Positions 27,377 to 35,039 of a stretch of DNA of 64,000 nt are shown piece after piece; the stretch's first letter is position 1; every line of letters starts with the position of its first letter. The notes beneath the pieces are model-generated. The model saw only the letters and a program-made list of their open reading frames with translations. It was not told where the DNA came from and did no database searches. The stretch covers positions 588,044 through 652,043 of the forward strand of contig JAUWZX010000001.1 in the NCBI GenBank assembly GCA_030615175.1, written 5' to 3'. The position numbers were made by a program, and so were the translations under genes. Source of the stretch: Candidatus Parvarchaeota archaeon. GTDB lineage: Archaea > Nanobdellota > Nanobdellia > WJKC01.

Positions 27377-27637
27377 TTATTTACTTAATAATTTTAATAT
27401 CTCTTTTCCTAATTCAGTTATCTTAAACATTTTACTCTTCCTTGCCTGTGGAGTTAAGCATTTTATTAGTTTTAATTCCTCTAATTGTCTTAATGCCCTA
27501 CTAACATGTGAAAGTTTAATCTTGGAATCATTCATCAACTTAGTGGGTGTCTTAAATCCTTCTCCTAGTAATTTAAGTATTTTAGTTCTGTAAGTGCTTG
27601 AATGAACTTCTGATAGTAATTCCCACTTACTTACCAC
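27377..27637 (-). CDS. winged-helix (ArsR-like) transcriptional regulator
   Basis: 86 aa. ..RTKILKLLGEGFKTPTKLMNDSKIKLSHVSRALRQLEELKLIKCL..KMFKITELG. First gene of the minus-strand cluster. Confidence 0.65.
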   Translation of the reverse strand: MVSKWELLSEVHSSTYRTKILKLLGEGFKTPTKLMNDSKIKLSHVSRALRQLEELKLIKCLTPQARKSKMFKITELGKEILKLLSK

Positions 27638-27731
27638 ATTATTATAATGGTTGTGGGTATTTTAGGACTTAGTTCCCACATTATTACCATCACAGAAAAC
27701 TTTAAAAAAGGGTTATAAATAATAGTAAACC

Positions 27732-28862
27732 ATGAATAAAATTTATTTCATAATACTAGGAGTGCTATTGTTGGCTGGTTGTAGTACTGGATACCATCAA
27801 GCAGAAAAAGTTGCTGCTGGAGAATCAACACCAACACCAAATCTCACCACATTCAAGATTGGAGAAACCGCTACAGATGGCAAAGTAAGGGTAACTATAC
27901 ATGATGTAGGTTATCAAAAGAGTATCGCCGAATCAGATAATATATATTCACATGTAGAAGCAAGCGAAGGTAAGGTTTTTGCAATAATTGATATGACTGT
28001 TGAGAATGTCCAACCAAATGATATATCTTATGTAAGTACAATACTACAAGTTGAACTTATTGATTTAGATGGTTATCACTATGATTGGTCTTTTTCAGGA
28101 CTGGGCGCACTAGCAGAAAAGCAATGGTCTGATGGTGACCTATCTCCTGGCGGTAAAAGAAGAGGAAGAAATGTTTTTGAAGTTGCTGAAGATGCTAACG
28201 GTTTGCAATTTAAATTTAAGTTTGATGTTATTGGTACAACTACTGCAATTTTTGAGTTAGGAAATGTAACAACATTAATTACTTCATCTGGTTGTATAAC
28301 AAAGTGGGAATGTGAAGAGTGGAGTAACTGTTCTTTAGAAGGCATACAAACAAGAATTTGCGAAGATACAAACAAGTGCGGAGAGGAGACTGGCAAACCA
28401 TCGGAGTTACAGAGTTGCACTTTATCTGGTGAAGAAAAGGCAGCCATATATGAGGAATTATATGCAGAATCTTCTATTTTGGTGAACAAAGTAATTGATG
28501 CAGGTAATTTTGAGGTCAAAGTTGTCGATATGGGCAATTATAAGGGGTTGAAATATATAACTTGGGGAGATGAAATCGAACAGTTTAGGTTAAGTCTAGA
28601 AGTCAAGAATGTCGGTTCTGAAGCAGATTATTTTTGGGGCAGTGACATAACTCTTGTTGATGACTTAGGGAATCAATATGAATGGGATTATGAGGACAAG
28701 GGCTTTGGTAATGTTTTCCCATCAGCTACTAAAAAAGGATATATTCTTTTTGACAAAATTCTTGCTGAAGGAGTTTCTACCATTACAATAATAGTTGATA
28801 CAGGAGAATATGACGAATCGTGGAATACAATATACACTCAACTAGAGGTTGATTTAACATAA
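27732..28862 (+). CDS. lipoprotein with two DUF4352-like Ig-fold domains separated by a 6-Cys module
   Basis: Signal peptide plus lipobox-like LLAGC. FKIGETATDGKVRVTIHDV..GKVFAIIDMTVEN is DUF4352-like. Cys module at aa 188-229. Confidence 0.6.
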   Translation: MNKIYFIILGVLLLAGCSTGYHQAEKVAAGESTPTPNLTTFKIGETATDGKVRVTIHDVGYQKSIAESDNIYSHVEASEGKVFAIIDMTVENVQPNDISYVSTILQVELIDLDGYHYDWSFSGLGALAEKQWSDGDLSPGGKRRGRNVFEVAEDANGLQFKFKFDVIGTTTAIFELGNVTTLITSSGCITKWECEEWSNCSLEGIQTRICEDTNKCGEETGKPSELQSCTLSGEEKAAIYEELYAESSILVNKVIDAGNFEVKVVDMGNYKGLKYITWGDEIEQFRLSLEVKNVGSEADYFWGSDITLVDDLGNQYEWDYEDKGFGNVFPSATKKGYILFDKILAEGVSTITIIVDTGEYDESWNTIYTQLEVDLT

Positions 28863-28953
28863 TTCTAGAAAAAGAATTTACACTCAAGAATGTAATGGCA
28901 GATAAGTAATCCTTTTATTTAAATAAATTTTTAGCGAGGAACAGAAGAAGATA

Positions 28954-28988
28954 GGAATCCCCATAACCATATTATATGATACGTATAA
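28954..28988 (+). repeat. partial copy B of the island repeat
   Basis: GGAATCC..AACCATATTATATGATACGTATAA. The 24-mer at 28965..28988 is identical to 30790..30813. The promoter-like half is missing. Confidence 0.75.
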
Positions 28989-29151
28989 AGGATTAGAACA
29001 GAATTGCATGATTACAAAGAACATTCTTCATTTGACATGAATTTTAAATATTCCGAAAAAATGTAAGGGCAAGGTATATAAATATTAAAAAGTATATACT
29101 TTATCAATGACCGATAATTTCGGGGCAGAGTTTAAAAATTGAAATAATAAA

Positions 29152-29757
29152 GTGATAAAAACGAAATTACAGCAGATTAAGAGGGCTAATGGAAGTCTTG
29201 TCCATAGTGTTAATATTCCCTTAGAATTAATTGGAAGGATAGGATGGGAGAAAGGGGAGAAACTCACTGTTGAAGTTGAACCTGCGGATTATGGCATTCA
29301 TAAAATCATAATATTCAAAGAGGAAGATATGAAGAAGACAGGAATTAAGGACATCAGCAATTATAAAGGACCTCCAGTCGGAAACGTGCCAAAAGCAGTG
29401 AAGAAAGAACCCGTGAAGCAGGAGGGATGTAAAATGGGGAAAGAATTAATACAGGAAGAAATTGTAGAAGAAACTGTAGATGAGGATTTAATAAGGATAA
29501 AGGAAAGATTAATCCCTGGTCTTGAGTTCGCATGCAAACATGAACTTACCAGGAAAGAAACTGAGATATTAATTCATTTCCTTGAAGGGCCACGAACAAG
29601 ATTAAAACTCGCTGAAGAACTTAAAATGAAGCCATCAACCCTGCATCATACAATAATGAGATTGAAGTTGAAGAGATTATTAGTTTTAAAAAAACGGGAT
29701 TCAATAGGAAATAACTTGTATGAATTCAACAAAAAAACAGATGAAGCAGATATATGA
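29152..29757 (+). CDS. AbrB/SpoVT-like domain fused to winged-helix domain regulator
   Basis: GTG start. N-terminal ..SLVHSVNIPLELIGRIGWEKGEKLTVEVEP (AbrB swapped-hairpin pattern). C-terminal ..LTRKETEILIHFLEGPRTRLKLAEELKMKPSTLHHTIMRL (wHTH). Confidence 0.55.
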   Translation: MIKTKLQQIKRANGSLVHSVNIPLELIGRIGWEKGEKLTVEVEPADYGIHKIIIFKEEDMKKTGIKDISNYKGPPVGNVPKAVKKEPVKQEGCKMGKELIQEEIVEETVDEDLIRIKERLIPGLEFACKHELTRKETEILIHFLEGPRTRLKLAEELKMKPSTLHHTIMRLKLKRLLVLKKRDSIGNNLYEFNKKTDEADI

Positions 29758-29951
29758 AGTTAGTTATTTGTATTAAATTCACTGTTTTAACGCAAGAAGT
29801 TTTGATTGAACTAACTCCTTTGAACCCAATTCACTAAGAATATCCTTAATAACGTCTATTTTATCATTAAATGCTTCCTTTATGAGTTAAAGAAATTGGA
29901 TACTCCTTAATATAAACCTTTATTTAAGCGAGGATTAATCAACATTATTTA

Positions 29952-30740
29952 ATGAACATTGAATTTATCACGAGGACTGATTTTCAATCGTGTGATACTA
30001 TTGAGCACGCTTTAAGGTTATTCCATGAATTGAATCACGCTATTTGTAAAGAAACAGCCACGAAGAGAGAACCTGATTATAAGAAGGATTATATGAAAAA
30101 AGCTACGCACTTATTATTCGCTAATAATGTACTGAAGTTAATCTCTGCGTTTAGGAATGCAGTTACTGGTTTTTACCCGTCATGCATGTCCTTACTTAGG
30201 GATGTGTATGAAGCAACCCTAACAATTAGATATATGAAGATTAAACCTGAGATGGCTGAACGATGGATTAAAGAACCTGATAGATTCCAATTTAATAACC
30301 ATGATTTTAGTGAAGTAATTTTTAGAGGGGATGAAGAACTGAAAGAACAGTTTAATGCTTTTTATAGAAAAATTTCGGAATATGTTCATCCTTTGAGAGA
30401 TGGTAGTATTGGTTGTGTTATCCCTCTTACTAAGGATAAGGCAGGCATTATAACAATGCCGATGTATAAACCGCTTAGTGTTAATGATTGTCTTGGAACA
30501 ATGATTTTCATAATCAAGCATTTAGGCAGACCAGTTATTGAATTATTCACAGATTACATTAAAGATTATGAGGATTTAATAGAAGACCTTAATGAAATTG
30601 CTATGGAATTAGACGAAGAATATGACCGATTAGGGGAAGATTATAATGAAACAATTAAGGAAATTAAAGAAAAATTTAAGGTATATAAGGAAGTAATAGA
30701 GAAAATGCGTTCTGAAAATAAGAAATCTGGAAAAACATGA
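29952..30740 (+). CDS. hypothetical helical protein (possible HEPN-like)
   Basis: 262 aa. Contains RKISEYVH (R-x6-H) in a helical context. No secure family call. Confidence 0.45.
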   Translation: MNIEFITRTDFQSCDTIEHALRLFHELNHAICKETATKREPDYKKDYMKKATHLLFANNVLKLISAFRNAVTGFYPSCMSLLRDVYEATLTIRYMKIKPEMAERWIKEPDRFQFNNHDFSEVIFRGDEELKEQFNAFYRKISEYVHPLRDGSIGCVIPLTKDKAGIITMPMYKPLSVNDCLGTMIFIIKHLGRPVIELFTDYIKDYEDLIEDLNEIAMELDEEYDRLGEDYNETIKEIKEKFKVYKEVIEKMRSENKKSGKT

Positions 30741-30780
30741 TTGCTCGTGTTTGCATAAATAAGTCAAATCATTACTTAAT

Positions 30781-30829
30781 GGAATCCAGAACCATATTAT
30801 ATGATACGTATAATAGCAAACCTTATAAA
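30781..30829 (+). repeat. 49-bp direct repeat, copy C (right island boundary, promoter-bearing)
   Basis: GGAATCCAGAACCATATTATATGATACGTATAATAGCAAACCTTATAAA. Palindrome arms TATTATA (30795..30801) and TATAATA (30809..30815). Ends in the TATA-like CCTTATAAA. Confidence 0.85.
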
Positions 30830-30868
30830 GAATTACTACTTATTAGTGAATAATCTGGTGTGTTTTTT

Positions 30869-31231
30869 ATGAATAATCGCGGCTTCGTGTTCAGAGAAGG
30901 AATCATTGATATTGATTTAATCAAGAGGCATGCTAGAAGGCGCAGGGCAGTGTTCATGGATTTGCGAAGGATTGGTTTCACAGATATTAAGCAGTTGGAG
31001 TCATTATTATCAAGGTACGTGTCATACATGTTTAATAGGCCGATGAGGATTAAGACTGAATTCTTTTTTGATGGAGTTCATAATGATAAGCCGTTCTTTG
31101 CTGTATTGCCTTATAATTTTTTAAATGAACTAACAAAATCTAATCCTGATAAGAGATTACTAATTGAATTAACGGAGAAGCTGCTTGTTAATGAGGAATC
31201 ATGTACTGGTTTAATAAAAAGAATTAAATAA
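30869..31231 (+). CDS. hypothetical protein
   Basis: ORF with ATG 30869 (the track uses GTG 30860), about 40 nt downstream of the TATA-like element in repeat copy C. Confidence 0.45.
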   Translation: MNNRGFVFREGIIDIDLIKRHARRRRAVFMDLRRIGFTDIKQLESLLSRYVSYMFNRPMRIKTEFFFDGVHNDKPFFAVLPYNFLNELTKSNPDKRLLIELTEKLLVNEESCTGLIKRIK

Positions 31232-31317
31232 TAAAGTTTATATATGCTTTCATCATCAAAAATTGAAGGGTAGAATCCCTAAAGACTTCGGTTTTGAACC
31301 ATGTATTGGACTTCGGT

Positions 31318-32544
31318 TCAATATCTCTGGGGAGAATTCTGCCCTTTCCTTAATTTCTTCACTGAATCCCACGAATCCTTCAGCCTCTTTAATGCAATAA
31401 TGTAAGAAGCTGTTCTTAAGTCAACATTTCTCTCCTTTGACACTCTAAGCACTTCTTCATAAGCTGGCAGTATTTGCTCCTTTAACTTGTTGAAAACTTT
31501 CTTCTCACTCCATGACTCCTCATACATGTTCTGGTACCATTCAAAGTAACTTACGATTACTCCTCCAGCGTTAGCGAGTATGTCAGGGATAATGGTCACG
31601 CCCTTACTTTTTAAGTATTCATCAGCACCGCTTGTTACAGGGCCATTAGCTATTTCAATGATTAATTTTGCCTTAACGCCTTTCACGTTATCATCATTAA
31701 TCATGCCTCCAAGAGCTGCAGGGATTAAGATATCTGCTTCATGATGAAGTAATTCATTATTAGTAACTGTCAGGGCGCCATTAAAATTAATAACTGAACC
31801 AGTTCCTTCTTTGTGTTTAATGACTTCACTGACATTAAGCCCTTCTTCATTAATGACGCCTCCTTTTGAGTCAGAAACGCCGATGACTTTATAACCATCA
31901 TTGCTTAATGATTCAGCAAGTTTTGAACCAGCATTGCCGAAACCCATCACCAGCACTTTACAGGGCTTAGCATGCTTTTTAATAATGTAATAAGCACCCA
32001 TTGCGGTTGCCTGACTCCTGCCTTTAGAACCTCCTTTACCAACTGATTTGCCTGTAATAACTGCAGGTGCTTTACTGCCTGTTACCTTCTCATACTCGTC
32101 TCGCATCAAGTCCATTATTTCATGGTTAGTGTAAACGTCAGGTGCCGGCACGTCCTTCTCCGGTCCAATAACGTCGCTAATAACCCTAATGTAAGCCCTG
32201 CTTATTAACTCAACATCCTCTTTTGAGTACTTTTTAGGGTTAAAGGCAACGCCTCCCTTGCTCCCGCCGAAAGGGATGCCTGCAAGAGCGCATTTTAAAG
32301 CCATTAGTAATGCAAGGTTCTTAACTTCCTCTAAATCCACTTCAGGATGATACCTGATGCCTCCCTTGTAAGGTCCAAGCCAGTTATTATACTGTACTCT
32401 GTAGCCGTGAAATAATTCCACTCTGCCAGAAGATAATTTTACAGGGAAGTGAACGTCAATAATCCGGTTGGGGTTGCTTAAAAGCCTTAGCAGTTCTTCA
32501 TCATTAATAATACTTATCGCATTCTTTAAGTAATGTAAACTCAT
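31318..32544 (-). CDS. gdhA: glutamate dehydrogenase (Glu/Leu/Phe/Val dehydrogenase family)
   Basis: 408 aa. Catalytic-Lys motif IPFGGSKGGV, NAD(P) fold VMGFGNAGS, conserved ..GPYKGGIRYHP. Confidence 0.85.
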   Translation of the reverse strand: MSLHYLKNAISIINDEELLRLLSNPNRIIDVHFPVKLSSGRVELFHGYRVQYNNWLGPYKGGIRYHPEVDLEEVKNLALLMALKCALAGIPFGGSKGGVAFNPKKYSKEDVELISRAYIRVISDVIGPEKDVPAPDVYTNHEIMDLMRDEYEKVTGSKAPAVITGKSVGKGGSKGRSQATAMGAYYIIKKHAKPCKVLVMGFGNAGSKLAESLSNDGYKVIGVSDSKGGVINEEGLNVSEVIKHKEGTGSVINFNGALTVTNNELLHHEADILIPAALGGMINDDNVKGVKAKLIIEIANGPVTSGADEYLKSKGVTIIPDILANAGGVIVSYFEWYQNMYEESWSEKKVFNKLKEQILPAYEEVLRVSKERNVDLRTASYIIALKRLKDSWDSVKKLRKGQNSPQRY

Positions 32545-32562
32545 GCAATTGCTGATGCCTTG

Positions 32563-32970
32563 CTATTTTTTAAATATTTTCGCAAGCCAGGCACCGAATA
32601 CTGCAAAAGTTATGTAAATTATGGAGTTTAAAGGAATGCTTATTGAGAAACTAATTAATTTATAGATTAATGAGGCTTCTGGAATAAGGATGAATAAGGC
32701 AGGGATTGTATAACAACTTCCTGCAATGAATAATAGTAATCCAACCATCACTGCATGCTTTAATTTAAACTTGTGTTTTCTTACAACAACCCATCCAGCT
32801 ATGATGATTAAAACCATTTTCAAAAGGCCGAAAGGGTCAACAGGCATGAGGTCCAGCAGATTAAGTAAAAGCAGTAATAATTGTATTACTGATAAGGCGA
32901 GAACGGTTAGTAAGAACTTGCGCGTTGCATTAACATAGTCCTTGAATGATTTGCCGAAAACCTTCATCAA
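32563..32970 (-). CDS. small membrane protein
   Basis: 135 aa with four hydrophobic segments. Confidence 0.5.
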   Translation of the reverse strand: MMKVFGKSFKDYVNATRKFLLTVLALSVIQLLLLLLNLLDLMPVDPFGLLKMVLIIIAGWVVVRKHKFKLKHAVMVGLLLFIAGSCYTIPALFILIPEASLIYKLISFSISIPLNSIIYITFAVFGAWLAKIFKK

Positions 32971-33017
32971 TAAATAATAACAATCTCTGCATTTAAAAAA
33001 CTTTTTTTATTCTAAAA

Positions 33018-33398
33018 TTATTTAAGTATTTTATCAACTAGTTTGTTCATTGAATTACTGAATCTCTCCATGTACTTTACCGGGTCATTTTTAGGTTTGA
33101 AGTCTTCTCCTGCTTTTATCTTTGGCATTATCTGTTCTATTTCCTCTTTGAATCCTTCCATTTCACTCTGCCACTTCTGGTAAAAATTCATTAATTCCTC
33201 AAAATCCTGTTTCCCTGCTTCTAATTCAACTGCTTTTTCTGGTATTTCTGTTAATTCTTTTGCATTCCAGAGAGGAGTTTTTCCATAAACTTCCAGTCCG
33301 TAATCTGGTATGTAAAAATGAAGAGTCTCAACAGTCCTCTTTAACCTGTTATCAAGAAGATAGTTTATTGATTCATTCTTTTCATAATAAACTTTCAT
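33018..33398 (-). CDS. hypothetical protein
   Basis: 126-aa Glu/Lys-rich ORF. No motif. Confidence 0.4.
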   Translation of the reverse strand: MKVYYEKNESINYLLDNRLKRTVETLHFYIPDYGLEVYGKTPLWNAKELTEIPEKAVELEAGKQDFEELMNFYQKWQSEMEGFKEEIEQIMPKIKAGEDFKPKNDPVKYMERFSNSMNKLVDKILK

Positions 33399-33519
33399 GT
33401 TAATATGCTAAGAGCATTCCCTTTTTTTTAAGGCTTTCTAGTGGTTTTAGACGCTTGGACAATCTGGTTTGGGTTTTGCCTTAGAAAGATTAATAAAGCA
33501 ATAAACAACATAGAATGTA

Positions 33520-34971
33520 ATGAATTTCAAAATTGGCGGGTTAATATTAACTCATAACGGTGGGAATCCGATTACAAGTGCATTCAGTGATTCATTCATT
33601 AATAAATATTACCCAAGTAATGAATTAAAAAAGGATGACTTAGAATTAACTCTCACTAATCTTGAACACTTAAGCAATAAAGAAGAAGTTATTAATAACT
33701 TACTCAATAACTACTTCATTCATGAGGAAGAATGTGAAGGATTAATTGATAAACTTGATGAATACAAAGAAGTTATTAAAGAATTAACAAATAACTCTCA
33801 TAAGATTGAAATTAACACAGTTCTAATCTCAGGATTAACATCTCTCTTTAACATGTTCTTAAAAGAGAAATTAAAATTAAAATTAAATAACATAATTTAC
33901 TTAAGGGATAATGGAAAAACCCTGAATGGCACAGCACTTAATATTACAGAAGTACTTGATTATAACTTAATACACTTTATTGACGTGAACACGCGTGAGG
34001 GAGACATATTAAACATTAAGCCAAGCAATGAATTAATTAATGAAATAAAAAAACAGTCAGATTCTATCCAATCTAAAATAAGGAGCATCAAAAACTTAAA
34101 AGAAGTTAAGGCAGACAAAGAATTACTAAGCGCCAACGGCCTAATAGAATTACTAGACCATTCTTATAAACACCCAATAAACATAGAGGATATAATCCCT
34201 ATTAATGATGATAACACTACTATTAAGATTACAGAATCATTCTACAATGCCTTACAAAAAGCAGTTAAGGAAAACAATTTAGGGTTAAAGAATAACCAGG
34301 AAGGAATCAGCGTCAAAAAAGATACATGGACTTCATGGGGTGATGGAGAAGATGATGGAGTCATAGGACTTAAAGCACCAAACATACACGAAACACTCAT
34401 GAATGAAATAAATCACATTACTAAAATCATTATTAATGAAAATGGTAAGAACAAGTCATATTCAAGAAAACAGGGATTTAATCACATACTTAATAAGGCA
34501 TTAGAAGGGGAATTAAAAAGTGATGAAATAAATTATAAAGACATAAAACTAGTTTTTTATTATAATAAAATTAATTCAATAATAGAGGATGGTTCTGAAA
34601 AAGAAAAGATTAATGATTACTTTGAACTAATGAATCACTTCAGGGATACACAATTATTATTTCTTGACAAAGATGTAAAGAATAATAATGACTACTTCTT
34701 AACTGCTAAATTATCAAATAAGGATGAGGATTACATCTTCTTTGAATACAACAGTAAAGTTAATGAATCCCTTAACAGGATAGGATTCTTATTAAAAGCG
34801 AGTAAGAGCAGTAAAGGACTAAAATCTTATGAAATAATAACTAATTTAATGCCAAAAATAAAAAGTCTGTCAAATAAAATAATAAAATCAAATGCCGAAG
34901 GAAATAATAAGGAATTAATTGACTCAATTATTTCAGGTAAATTAAATAGACTCGTCAATGAATTAAAATAG
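33520..34971 (+). CDS. hypothetical Asn/Lys-rich protein
   Basis: 483-aa ORF with low-complexity helical character. No motif. Confidence 0.45.
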   Translation: MNFKIGGLILTHNGGNPITSAFSDSFINKYYPSNELKKDDLELTLTNLEHLSNKEEVINNLLNNYFIHEEECEGLIDKLDEYKEVIKELTNNSHKIEINTVLISGLTSLFNMFLKEKLKLKLNNIIYLRDNGKTLNGTALNITEVLDYNLIHFIDVNTREGDILNIKPSNELINEIKKQSDSIQSKIRSIKNLKEVKADKELLSANGLIELLDHSYKHPINIEDIIPINDDNTTIKITESFYNALQKAVKENNLGLKNNQEGISVKKDTWTSWGDGEDDGVIGLKAPNIHETLMNEINHITKIIINENGKNKSYSRKQGFNHILNKALEGELKSDEINYKDIKLVFYYNKINSIIEDGSEKEKINDYFELMNHFRDTQLLFLDKDVKNNNDYFLTAKLSNKDEDYIFFEYNSKVNESLNRIGFLLKASKSSKGLKSYEIITNLMPKIKSLSNKIIKSNAEGNNKELIDSIISGKLNRLVNELK

Positions 34972-35024
34972 AAATAGACTTATTAATTCATTAAAAAATA
35001 GAAATAGACTTATTAATTCATTAA
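34965..35024 (+). repeat. perfect 30-bp tandem duplication
   Basis: AAAATAGAAATAGACTTATTAATTCATTAA x2 (34965..34994, 34995..35024). The first copy contains the stop codon of the upstream ORF. Confidence 0.85.
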
Positions 35025-35039
35025 TTCTAAATTAGAAGC

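Larger units (their letters stand above)
23258..30780. mobile_element. putative integrated element(s) / genomic island between the 49-bp repeats
   Basis: Bounded by near-identical direct repeats with an internal partial copy at 28954..28988. Visibly more AT-rich than the flanks. Content is ORFans, membrane proteins, a nuclease-fold protein and regulators. No integrase recognised. Confidence 0.35.

Noticed and set aside
31284-31318. GACTTCGGTT direct repeat (31284..31293, 31309..31318) just downstream of gdhA
   Set aside because: Only 10 nt, and no associated insert or coding consequence. Too short to interpret.
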